64,000 nucleotides of DNA from Candidatus Sumerlaeaceae bacterium (lineage in GTDB: Bacteria > Sumerlaeota > Sumerlaeia > Sumerlaeales > Sumerlaeaceae), in NCBI GenBank assembly GCA_049968255.1, contig JBMFRB010000002.1, forward strand, positions 64,001 through 128,000, in the 5' to 3' direction. Below, piece by piece: positions 1-8,923 of the stretch; the stretch's first letter is position 1; every line of letters begins with the position of its first letter. The notes under the pieces are model-generated. The model saw only the letters and a list, made by a program, of their open reading frames with translations, did no database searches and was not told where the DNA came from. Position numbers and translations under genes: made by a program.

Positions 1-2
1 AA

Positions 3-2297
3 TTTCTTTCCGCACGCGGCCCGGCCGGGACGCTCTTCCGCGTGGATATGCGTCTTCGCCCTGAGGGCAAATCTGGCCCCTTAGCTCGATCGTTCGAGTC
101 GCTAGTAAACTATTTGGAGCAGCAGGCACGCGATTGGGAGCGACTCGCCTACCTCAAGGCTCGCGTGCTCACTGGACCAGCACCTCTTCGCGCAAGGCTC
201 TACCAAGTGATGCAACAGTTCGTCTACGACAAGGCGGAGCCAAGACGAATCATTAATGAGATCGAAAAACTGAAACTGATGATCGATCGCGAGGTGTTGC
301 TCAGCGACACTTACCACCGCGAGGTGAAACGTGGTTACGGCGGCATTCGTGAGATCGAGTTTATCATTGCTGCCATGCAGATCATTTACGGTCAGCAACA
401 TCCTGCTCTGCGCGTGCGTAATATCTTTTTGGCAATCGACAGACTTGCCGATGTGAACGTCTTGCCGCGACAGGAAGCGGAATTTTACCTCAGGTCCTAT
501 GAGTTCTTGCGGCTGGTCGAGCATCGCTTGCAGATGGCGGCGGAGCATCAAACGCACACCCTGCCCGCTTCTGAGGACGAGCTCGAAATCCTGGCCAAGC
601 GATGCCATTTCTCAGATGTGCAAGAATTTCAGGAGCGATATCGCGAAGTCACACACGGCGTCCATGAGCGCTTTACGAGGTTCTTTGAGCGAGACATTGA
701 GAAGGAAGCACGCGAATTGCAGGACGTGCTCATTCTCCTGGATGACAACGCTGCGCCAGAAGAGGCCCTCGCTGTCCTCAGCCGCTACGGAATTGCGTCG
801 GAACATTCGTTGCGGCTTATCCGGGATCTGGCTTTTGGCACGCGCGAGGTTTTCATCGCCGCCCAAGGACAGCAGTTCTTCGAGCAAATGCTGCCCTCAC
901 TCCTGCGTTTGATTGCACGTGCTCCTTTACCCGTGCGCGTACTTTCCCATTTTCAATCTTTTATGTTAGCGGTACGCGGCATCACGTACTATTATGAGCT
1001 GATCGCGCAGCATCCCGATATTTTGCGCCTCCTCGTCATGCTCTTCGGAACGAGCGACTACTTCTCCGAGGTGCTTGTCTCCCATCCAGAGTTTTTCGAT
1101 GCGATTCTTGGCTCACGTCTTGTTCACGAGCAAAGTGTGCCGGAAGTTGTCGACTCACGTTTGCGGGAAATGGTGGGGAAAAAAGGGCCGTGGGAACACC
1201 GAGCTGTAGCTTTGCGGCGTGCTGTAAAATTCGAGCAGTTGATCACCGCGCTGCGATTTATCCTTGGGTTACGGCCGCTCGCTGACATTGCCGAACAATT
1301 ATCAATCGTTGCCGACAAAGCGCTGAGAGTTGCCTATGAGCTGGCAGTGGAACGTTATGTGGAGCGATTACAGGCGGAGAACAATGCGCCGCGGGTAGCC
1401 GTCGAACTGTTCTTAGCCGGGGACTCAGTTCCGATGACGATTTTGGCCTTTGGAAAATACGGTGGGCGCGAGCTTAGCTTTTTCGGCGATCTTGACATCG
1501 TTTACGTCTGGAACGACTTAGACGCCAAAGCTCGCACCAATAGCCCGGCTAGCGGCGGACAAGTTTTCCAGTTCATTGATCATTTCGTCTATACGGTAAC
1601 GGAAAATTTGCGTGAGGGCCGCTTGTTTGCTCTCGATGCACGGCTTCGGCCCCATGGTCGCAACTCCCCCCTTGTCACGCCGCTAAGTCAATATCTCGAG
1701 TACATGCGCACGGAGGCCGATGTATGGGAACTCATGGCGTTCACGCGGGCGCGTGTTGTGCTCGGTGACACAAAACTTCTGCAGCGCCTTGCAGAGTGCG
1801 CTCGCGAAAGGCTTGCGGCATTCTCGGCAGAGCAAATCCGCGCTCGCGTGCTCGATATGCGCGCGCGCCTGGAACAATCGGTAACCACAAGCGACCGAGA
1901 ACGCTGCGAGTATAAGCGGAGCGCCGGCGGCCTCATCGACGTGGAATTTCTCCTGCAGTACTGGGCTTTGCAGACTCAATATCCCTTCACGGCACTACAA
2001 AGTGCTTCGTATCTGCACCAATTCGCGGAGCGTTCGGCGGGACCGCCTTGGTGCGCGACTGACGATTGGAATCGGCTCGGGCAAAATTACACGTTCTTGC
2101 GCCAAGTCGATGCAACCGTGCGCATCATGACGCGTGAAAGTGCTGGGCGACTGCCGGCTGATCCAACAGTTGCTGACGGTGTCGCTCGATTTCTTGGTGA
2201 CGACGATATAGAAATGCTTCGGCAACGTCTTATTGCCGTCATGCAAGAAACGCGGTCTCTCTTTCACCAGTATTTGACTCCAGGTGAGGTGAGGTAG
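3..2297 (+). CDS. glnE: Glutamine synthetase adenylyltransferase/adenylyl-removing enzyme (5' partial)
   Basis: Frame is open from the window edge. Two nucleotidyltransferase halves: FRVDMRLRPEG, WERLAYLKAR, KRGYGGIREIEF; then GKYGGRELSFFGDLD, LDARLRPHG, KRSAGGLIDVEF. Confidence 0.92.
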   Translation, partial: FLSARGPAGTLFRVDMRLRPEGKSGPLARSFESLVNYLEQQARDWERLAYLKARVLTGPAPLRARLYQVMQQFVYDKAEPRRIINEIEKLKLMIDREVLLSDTYHREVKRGYGGIREIEFIIAAMQIIYGQQHPALRVRNIFLAIDRLADVNVLPRQEAEFYLRSYEFLRLVEHRLQMAAEHQTHTLPASEDELEILAKRCHFSDVQEFQERYREVTHGVHERFTRFFERDIEKEARELQDVLILLDDNAAPEEALAVLSRYGIASEHSLRLIRDLAFGTREVFIAAQGQQFFEQMLPSLLRLIARAPLPVRVLSHFQSFMLAVRGITYYYELIAQHPDILRLLVMLFGTSDYFSEVLVSHPEFFDAILGSRLVHEQSVPEVVDSRLREMVGKKGPWEHRAVALRRAVKFEQLITALRFILGLRPLADIAEQLSIVADKALRVAYELAVERYVERLQAENNAPRVAVELFLAGDSVPMTILAFGKYGGRELSFFGDLDIVYVWNDLDAKARTNSPASGGQVFQFIDHFVYTVTENLREGRLFALDARLRPHGRNSPLVTPLSQYLEYMRTEADVWELMAFTRARVVLGDTKLLQRLAECARERLAAFSAEQIRARVLDMRARLEQSVTTSDRERCEYKRSAGGLIDVEFLLQYWALQTQYPFTALQSASYLHQFAERSAGPPWCATDDWNRLGQNYTFLRQVDATVRIMTRESAGRLPADPTVADGVARFLGDDDIEMLRQRLIAVMQETRSLFHQYLTPGEVR

Positions 2298-2350
2298 CTC
2301 ATTGCGAAAAAGACTTGCATACGCGGCGTTGAGCTTGCGGGATAGGGGAC

Positions 2351-3055
2351 ATGCAACACGAGAGAATTGACTACAGCGAGATCGTTTTGCGGCGCCTACA
2401 CTCGTTGACGGGGCTCGTGCCGCTCACTTTTTTCATCGGTTTTCACTTCTTTGCGAATTCTTTTTCGACCAAGGGCGAAGAGGCATTTAACGCCACGGTG
2501 GCAACCCTTCGCGGGCTTCCGTATTTGCACGCCATCGAATGGGGAGTCCTTTTTGCCCCATTTTTATTCCACATGTTTTATGGCTTGTGGATCATTTTCA
2601 GCGGCAAGCCCAACCCGCTGCGCTTCAAATATCCTCGCAATTGGGCTTACGTGGCGCAGCGCGTCACAGCAATTGTCGTGTTTGTTTTTATATTTTATCA
2701 TGTTATCAGTCTTCGCTTTATGGACTGGCGAGCCGTTGATGAATCAGGCAAACTGAACTTCTATCAGCTTCTTCACCGAGAGTTTCAAAAGCCAGCCGTT
2801 TACTGGTGGTACGTTATCGGAATTGCCTGCACAGCGTTTCATGTTGCGAACGGTTTCTGCACGTTTTGCATGACCTGGGGAATTACCGTGGGGCGAAAGG
2901 CTCAACGCGGCCTTGCCTATGCAATGACCCTTGTGGGAATCGGACTTTTCGTTATTGGCGTCTCAGCGATTCATGGTTTTCTCAATGCACCCACTGCCGG
3001 CAAAGATTCTCGGGCACAGGTTGAAGCGATTCCTCAGCAAGAAGCTTCCCGTTGA
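2351..3055 (+). CDS. sdhC: Succinate dehydrogenase cytochrome b558 subunit (Bacillus-type SdhC)
   Basis: LRRLHSLTGLVP start motif, five TM segments, His ligands (FHMFYG, YHV, FHVANG), TWGITVG. Confidence 0.85.
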   Translation: MQHERIDYSEIVLRRLHSLTGLVPLTFFIGFHFFANSFSTKGEEAFNATVATLRGLPYLHAIEWGVLFAPFLFHMFYGLWIIFSGKPNPLRFKYPRNWAYVAQRVTAIVVFVFIFYHVISLRFMDWRAVDESGKLNFYQLLHREFQKPAVYWWYVIGIACTAFHVANGFCTFCMTWGITVGRKAQRGLAYAMTLVGIGLFVIGVSAIHGFLNAPTAGKDSRAQVEAIPQQEASR

Positions 3056-3091
3056 CAACTTGATAAAACGCAGTTCGTGAGATTGACCATG

Positions 3092-3118
3092 AAAAAGGGG
3101 CAATACAGGTTGCCCCTT
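3092..3118. terminator. Probable intrinsic terminator between convergent sdhC and nifU
   Basis: Stem AAGGGGCAA (3095-3103) / TTGCCCCTT (3110-3118); the flanking A-run gives a U-tract on the minus strand. Confidence 0.6.
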
Positions 3119-3147
3119 CGCGTTTCTCAGTTTGTCCGACACGCGAT

Positions 3148-3459
3148 CTATGCCATTTCCACGCTTCGTACTTCCGGAACTTCTTCAATAATTCGGGCTT
3201 CAACTCCCATTTTTAGGGTATAGAGCGAGCTCGGACATCCGGAGCATGCCCCTTGTAGACGCACGTAAACGACCGCATCCTCGACCCCCACGAGCTCAAT
3301 GTCACCACCATCTGCCTGCAGGTAAGGGCGAAGTTGTGAAATGATCGGCTCTACGCGCGAACGTATGTGATCATCTGAACTCTCCACGACATTCTGTTTC
3401 GCAAAATCCTGCGCAGTCGTGGACTGTTCTTCTGTCGGCTTCTTGCGGAAAATTGCCAT
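3148..3459 (-). CDS. NifU/NfuA-like Fe-S carrier protein
   Basis: LRPYLQADGGDIEL and GACSGCPSS (CxxC) motifs. Confidence 0.92.
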   Translation of the reverse strand: MAIFRKKPTEEQSTTAQDFAKQNVVESSDDHIRSRVEPIISQLRPYLQADGGDIELVGVEDAVVYVRLQGACSGCPSSLYTLKMGVEARIIEEVPEVRSVEMA

Positions 3460-3512
3460 GCTTTGTTCTCCTTCGTCTGGCTTTTGGCTGTTAGTAGAGC
3501 GTCAGGAAAGGC

Positions 3513-4661
3513 CTATTCAGTTTTGAAATCGGCCAAAACGTGCCAATAGACTTCGTGAAGCTTTTGGCACATTCGCTCGGCGGAGAATAATTCCGCAGCT
3601 CGTTGCTTAGCTGCAGCGCCGAAGAGAGGGCGTAAATCGTCATCCGCGAGCAACCTGCTCAAGGCACTCGCCAAGGCAAGTGGATCCGCGGGAGGTACAA
3701 CAAAACCAGTCACACCGTGCTGGTTGACGAACGACACCCCTGTATCCAGCGCTGTGCTCACCACCGGAAGGCCGCAGGCCATGGCTTCGATTTGACAAAG
3801 GCCAAATGCCTCGCTCCGAAGATGAGACGGCAGACAGAAGACATCCGCGGCATAAAGGTGACAGATCATGTCTTCATCATCGAGGTCGCCGAGAAAATGA
3901 ACGCGCTTATCGACTCCAGCTGCACGGGCTTGGAGAAAAAGGCGTTCCTGCTCAGGGCCTACACCTACGATGAGAAGCTGTGCCTCCACATGCCGCATCG
4001 CCTCCACAAGAAAGTGAAGCCCTTTATAGTATCGCAGTCTTCCGACAAAAATCACAATTGGCCTACCACCAAACTGCTCGCGGATCTGCGCCGCTTTGCG
4101 CTGTCGTTCAGGCGTTTTCTCAAACCGCTGCAAAGCAATCCCTAGAGGAACGACGCGACATTTGTCCCGATGTCGCCTGAGCCAGACAGAGCTCTCGATG
4201 TAGTTTGGCGACGTCGGCATGATCACGGCGGCACGGCGCATCATTTGTTCTTGAACAAGGCCGTAAGCCGCCATGGCAGCCCTCTGCCGGACTACGTCGC
4301 TGTGGTAGGTGATGACGTAGGGTTTTCTTATGCCCCCGAGTAGGAAAGCGATATCCCCCGTCGGATTCGGATGATGAAAGTGCAACAGATCGGCGCGAGC
4401 AGCCTCGTGTTGGAGCGCCCGCACAAATGCCGGAGCAAGTGGCGCACTCCACACCCGGCCCCATTCACGCACCCGAACCACACGCACACCTTCGACGATT
4501 TCCTCTCCTGCGTCTGCCTTGCCTGCACACACAAGAACGGATACATCGAAATCTTTCAGGCTGCCCCTCGCCATGAGATTAATGGTGTTCTCGATGCCGC
4601 CGCGTACGGGCGGATAGTAGTCCTTATAGACATGGAGGACTCGCGGTGCCTGCTTGTTCAC
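3513..4661 (-). CDS. Glycosyltransferase family 4
   Basis: GG motif, FVGRL..YKG, EAFGLCQIEAMACGLPVV (Ex7E). Confidence 0.92.
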   Translation of the reverse strand: MNKQAPRVLHVYKDYYPPVRGGIENTINLMARGSLKDFDVSVLVCAGKADAGEEIVEGVRVVRVREWGRVWSAPLAPAFVRALQHEAARADLLHFHHPNPTGDIAFLLGGIRKPYVITYHSDVVRQRAAMAAYGLVQEQMMRRAAVIMPTSPNYIESSVWLRRHRDKCRVVPLGIALQRFEKTPERQRKAAQIREQFGGRPIVIFVGRLRYYKGLHFLVEAMRHVEAQLLIVGVGPEQERLFLQARAAGVDKRVHFLGDLDDEDMICHLYAADVFCLPSHLRSEAFGLCQIEAMACGLPVVSTALDTGVSFVNQHGVTGFVVPPADPLALASALSRLLADDDLRPLFGAAAKQRAAELFSAERMCQKLHEVYWHVLADFKTE

Positions 4662-5800
4662 GGTTGAGTCTCCGTGTGCGACGCATGGAGTGCTTTTTCA
4701 TAGACTTCGATGATCTCATTAATCCAGCGGTCGTAGTTGTGGTAACGCCGCACGTGGTCCAATGCTTGTCTTGCCAAGCTCGCAGCGAACCGCCGATCCT
4801 GTAAGATCGAGCAAATTCCGCCCGCGAGTGCCTCGACATCGCCTGGCGGCACAAGAATCCCTGTCTGACGGTCGACGATGATCTCGGGTAGACATCCCAC
4901 ACGGGTTGCGACGAGCGGCACCCCACTGGCCATGGTTTCGTAAGCGATTCTGCTCGATCCCTCGCTGCCCAGTGATGCGATCACACTTACGTCGAGCGAC
5001 GCAAGCACTGCTGGCAAATCTGAAAGCCACTGCTTGAAGATCACACGATTATCTATGCCAAGCTCCTTTGCCTGTTGAGCAAGCGATTGGAATTTGATTT
5101 CTGAGCCGCGCCCCGCAATAAGAAATCGACTTTCTGGGAAAAGCTTGCTTACAAGTCGAGCCGCACGAAGAAACACGCGTTGGCCCTTCACGTTCTGAAT
5201 GCGGGCGATGAGACCAACCAGAGGTTTGTCCTCTCCCACCCCGAATTCGTCGCGCAAGGCGGCCGAGCGGTGTCGGGGCGAAAACGTTTCAAGGTCAACA
5301 GCCGAGTAAATGACGTGCAGACGCGGCCCTAGCTGTTTGCCGATTCGACCAAGACTTTGTGCAGCAGCTTGCGAGACCGCGATGGTTTGCGCAGTAAATC
5401 GGCGGAAAAGGACAGCATTGAGAAAGTGCTGAGCCATCGGCACAACAACGTGGCGCGTGCGCACCAGCGGTGGGAAGCTCCACGGCCAAAAGGCTTTTGC
5501 GGCCGCAGCGACCCAATGATCCTTTCCTCGATGACAGTGGATAAGGTCGGGTCGCCAAAGCCTGACGATTCGTAAGAGAGCCAGTACGTCTTCGAAGTCA
5601 GAGTGCGGATGAAACTTGCTGGGAAAATGGAATGCGATTGGCGACAGCCCCGCCTGGCGCGCTCGTTGCTCTACCTCGTGACCCCTGCGCACCACGAGCT
5701 GGGCTTCATGGCCACGTTTTTGTAACTCACGCGTCAAGTCAAGGCAGTGCGCCGCCTCACCAATGAACTTTCGTGCGCTATTCAGGATCAAAACTCGCAT
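4658..5800 (-). CDS. Glycosyltransferase family 4
   Basis: ARIQNVKG, EGSSRIAYETMASGVPLVAT; 4-nt overlap with the downstream GT. Confidence 0.9.
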   Translation of the reverse strand: MRVLILNSARKFIGEAAHCLDLTRELQKRGHEAQLVVRRGHEVEQRARQAGLSPIAFHFPSKFHPHSDFEDVLALLRIVRLWRPDLIHCHRGKDHWVAAAAKAFWPWSFPPLVRTRHVVVPMAQHFLNAVLFRRFTAQTIAVSQAAAQSLGRIGKQLGPRLHVIYSAVDLETFSPRHRSAALRDEFGVGEDKPLVGLIARIQNVKGQRVFLRAARLVSKLFPESRFLIAGRGSEIKFQSLAQQAKELGIDNRVIFKQWLSDLPAVLASLDVSVIASLGSEGSSRIAYETMASGVPLVATRVGCLPEIIVDRQTGILVPPGDVEALAGGICSILQDRRFAASLARQALDHVRRYHNYDRWINEIIEVYEKALHASHTETQP

Positions 5801-5938
5801 CTTCTTATCTTCAGGACGAAATCCCGGCTACTGTTCTCGCACTCTCCTCGTCAGACAATCACCAATATGCTTTTCACCGCAGATTTGACAGCGCCACGAC
5901 TTCACGTGAATATTCAACCACTAGCAGGAGGAGATCAG

Positions 5939-6463
5939 ATGCAAATCGAGATAAGCAAAGGAAACATTGTGGAAGCTGACACGGATGTGATTGTCAATGC
6001 CGCCAACACAGACTTGATTCTCGGTGCGGGTGTGGCGGGGGCCATTCGACGTGCGGGCGGCCCGCGTATTCAAGAAGAATGCAACGCACTGGCACCAATT
6101 CGGTTAGGCGATGTTGCTGTCACAAGCGCAGGGAATCTGCCGCACCGCTACGTCTTTCACGCAGCCACCATGAGCCTGTCCAACCCGCAGACAACGAAGG
6201 ATATTGTCGCTTCCTGCACGCGCGTGGCACTCGAAAAGGCAGAAGAACTGGCTTGCAGAAACATCGCTTTTCCCGCTCTTGGTACGGGTGTAGCCGGTCT
6301 CAGCCTTACCGAGTGCGCTGATGCCATGCTTCGCACGGCACGCGAATTTGCCAAGGAGCCGCGAGAGGGAAATCTCTCACTACAGAGAATTGTCTTTGTA
6401 TTATTCGATGAGGAGGCCGAGCGGATTTTTCGCCAAAAATTGCATGAGCTCACTCATGGCTGA
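5939..6463 (+). CDS. Macro domain protein (ADP-ribose binding/hydrolase)
   Basis: GNIVE..DVIVNAAN, GAGVAGAI, AFPALGTG; AGGAGG RBS before the ATG at 5939. Confidence 0.92.
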   Translation: MQIEISKGNIVEADTDVIVNAANTDLILGAGVAGAIRRAGGPRIQEECNALAPIRLGDVAVTSAGNLPHRYVFHAATMSLSNPQTTKDIVASCTRVALEKAEELACRNIAFPALGTGVAGLSLTECADAMLRTAREFAKEPREGNLSLQRIVFVLFDEEAERIFRQKLHELTHG

Positions 6464-7478
6464 ATGGAGCTGACACGTTCGCTTCCGTCGACAGCGGCGG
6501 TTGCGGAGTTGCTTTCGTCTCCGCGGCTTCGCATGGGCTTGTCTTTTCTGGTGAGCTAGTAGTATGTGAGCGATTGCCACTCTCTGTGGTCTGTGGCTGT
6601 ACGACAGGAGTGACAGCGGACGCTGCTGTGGTGTGGCCGATTGAGTTGGACTGCGGCTTCGGCTCGGCCTTATTGTCGCCCGAAAACATTCTACGGAGCT
6701 CCTGAATGGATGGTAAATCGCCGAGACTCTTGAGCCCGAACGTTTTCAAAAACAGATTGGTTGTTATGTAGAGCTGCGGACGACCAGGTATCTCGCGCTT
6801 CCCACCCACTTCGATCAGGCCGAGGTCGAGGAGCGTATGAATCGAGGCTGTAGAGTCCACGCCGCGGATTGCTTCGATTTCGGCTCGCGTGATTGGCTGC
6901 TTGTATGCGATGATGGCTAAGGTCTCCAAGGTGGCCTGCGACAGGGGATTGCGACGGCGGCTCGGTTTGAGCCGAAAGATCCAGGGCGCGTAACGCGGTC
7001 GTGTCGCCATCTGGAAGCCGCCTCCCACTTCAACAATCTGCACGCCGCGAGGGCAGCTATCATACTCACGTTGGAGCTCAAGCAGCGCAGTGCGAACTTC
7101 GCTCTGGGTTGGGGTGCCGAGAATTTTTGTAAGGCGCGCCACGCTTAGCGGCTCCGTTGTCGCGAACAGCAACGATTCCAAAGCCGCTTTGACCTCGGCT
7201 GGCGACGAAAGCGGGGGAACCTCGCCTTCCTCGTATCCCTGTTCTTGGCTTGGTAACGTCTCTTGTCGCTCGGTCGCCAAGGTTTCTGGCGTGCTTAGTT
7301 CGCCTGCTGATTGCAAAATATGTGAACCAACACACTCGTTCACACCTAAATTTTCAGCCGATCCAGCTGCACCCTCCGCTAATTGCGCGGTCAGTGGAGG
7401 ATTAGTCAGACTGGCGTCGTTTCCTGTTCCCTCAGGCAGAGGAAGATTCTGATCGTCCATCATCGTCACTCTGATCAT
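6450..7478 (-). CDS. scpB: SMC-Scp complex subunit ScpB with disordered N- and C-terminal extensions
   Basis: LSQATLETLAIIAYKQPITRAEIEAIRGV, GRPQLY, FLKTFGL. Exact start uncertain. Confidence 0.93.
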   Translation of the reverse strand: MIRVTMMDDQNLPLPEGTGNDASLTNPPLTAQLAEGAAGSAENLGVNECVGSHILQSAGELSTPETLATERQETLPSQEQGYEEGEVPPLSSPAEVKAALESLLFATTEPLSVARLTKILGTPTQSEVRTALLELQREYDSCPRGVQIVEVGGGFQMATRPRYAPWIFRLKPSRRRNPLSQATLETLAIIAYKQPITRAEIEAIRGVDSTASIHTLLDLGLIEVGGKREIPGRPQLYITTNLFLKTFGLKSLGDLPSIQELRRMFSGDNKAEPKPQSNSIGHTTAASAVTPVVQPQTTESGNRSHTTSSPEKTSPCEAAETKATPQPPLSTEANVSAPFSHE

Positions 7479-8208
7479 TGCGGGCTACTAGGACAATGGT
7501 GTCAAACGCGCAGTTCTGATGGATGCGTGCTCGCTTCAATCGGACGAGCTCGAGCACAGCCAGAAAGGTAGTGACAATTTCGAGCTTGTTCAGGCAGCGC
7601 AAAAACAGAGCCATAAGGTCTATTTCCTTTTGCCCGACCAGGAGCTCTTCGATGTATTCCAATTTCTGCTCAACCGTGAACTGTTCCGTTAGTGAGGGAA
7701 GGGCACGGCTCGATTCCAGGTAGCGGAGCACGCGCGCAAGAGCGCGATAGAGAAGGGTGACCTCAGCCGAGATTTCCTGCGCGGTTTCAGGCTGGATTGC
7801 AACCGGTGTGGTCCGGTAGAGGACAAGTGCATGCTCCTGCTCGCGCTCCCGGAGCACAGCAGCAACTTCTTTGTATTTGCGATACTCGACAAGTCGTTGC
7901 ATGAGCTCGCGGGCGGAAAGAATCTCTCCGAATTCGTCTTCCTCGGCTTGCTCCTGATCTTCACTCGCCCCGTGAGCAGGCAAAAGAGTGCGCGCCTTGA
8001 GATGAATGAGGGTGGCCGCCATCACCAAAAATTCACCTGCCACTTCGAGGTCGAGTTCCTTCATGACTTTCAGGTAATCGATGTACTGGCGCGTAATTTC
8101 CGCGATCGGAATGTCATGAATGTCCATCTCGTTGATTTTGATGAGATGGAGAAGCAGGTCGAAAGGGCCTTCGAAAACAGGTAGCTTGATGGTGTAGATT
8201 CTCTCCAT
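7432..8208 (-). CDS. scpA: Segregation and condensation protein ScpA
   Basis: FEGPFDLLLHLI, AGEFLVMAATL, TFLAVLEL; the ATG overlaps the upstream stop codon. Confidence 0.93.
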   Translation of the reverse strand: MERIYTIKLPVFEGPFDLLLHLIKINEMDIHDIPIAEITRQYIDYLKVMKELDLEVAGEFLVMAATLIHLKARTLLPAHGASEDQEQAEEDEFGEILSARELMQRLVEYRKYKEVAAVLREREQEHALVLYRTTPVAIQPETAQEISAEVTLLYRALARVLRYLESSRALPSLTEQFTVEQKLEYIEELLVGQKEIDLMALFLRCLNKLEIVTTFLAVLELVRLKRARIHQNCAFDTIVLVARNDQSDDDGRSESSSA

Positions 8209-8861
8209 CAGCGCAGTGCCCACTCTAGCAGGAGTGTTGCGGGCAGCCGAAAGCCGATAGCCAGTAAACGTTGAAATGGAGGAACGAACGCCACAAGGAG
8301 CCAAAGGATAATAAAGCCATAGCGTGTCAGCCCCACCCAGGCATCCCACAATTGCGGCATTCGTCGCACAAGGAAATAATAAACGAGGCTGCTCCCGTCG
8401 AGCGGGGGGATGGGCAGCATGTTAAAGACGGCCAGCACGAGATTGAGCTGGATGAAGATCGCAGCAAGCTTCGGGATGAGGCCGGCAAGGGCAACATTTG
8501 ATTCTGCAGCGGGAAGCCCCAACTTAAGTGCCAAAGTGGCAATTAACGCTAACAAGATATTTGACGCTGGACCCGCAAGGCTCACCCACACAATCCAGAT
8601 TTCTTTTCGGAAACGAAGCTGATTGACTGGAACGGGGCGAGCCCACCCAATCATGGGAAAGTTCAGCAACAAAGCTGCGATCGGCAGAATAATTGTGCCC
8701 ACCGGATCGATGTGCACGAGCGGATTGAGGCTGAGTCGTCCCGCGTAAGCTGCGGTTAGGTCGCCAGCCTTTTTGGCGGTCCAGGCATGCGCGAATTCGT
8801 GAAACGTCAGGGCAAAGAGAAACACAGGGATAAACAGAAGGATGTGTGGATCTAATGTCAT
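8208..8861 (-). CDS. Site-2 protease family (M50) intramembrane metalloprotease
   Basis: HEFAH zinc motif, AGPASN, FNMLPIPPLDG. Confidence 0.93.
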   Translation of the reverse strand: MTLDPHILLFIPVFLFALTFHEFAHAWTAKKAGDLTAAYAGRLSLNPLVHIDPVGTIILPIAALLLNFPMIGWARPVPVNQLRFRKEIWIVWVSLAGPASNILLALIATLALKLGLPAAESNVALAGLIPKLAAIFIQLNLVLAVFNMLPIPPLDGSSLVYYFLVRRMPQLWDAWVGLTRYGFIILWLLVAFVPPFQRLLAIGFRLPATLLLEWALR

Positions 8862-8923
8862 CGAGGTCCTTTCTTTACCTTCCTAAGCTGGATCGCCGAA
8901 AAAACTACGCCCCTAACACGGCA

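Noticed and set aside
5939-6463. Macro domain as the antitoxin of a DarTG-type system
   Set aside because: No ADP-ribosyltransferase gene is adjacent; it looks like a stand-alone housekeeping macro domain.
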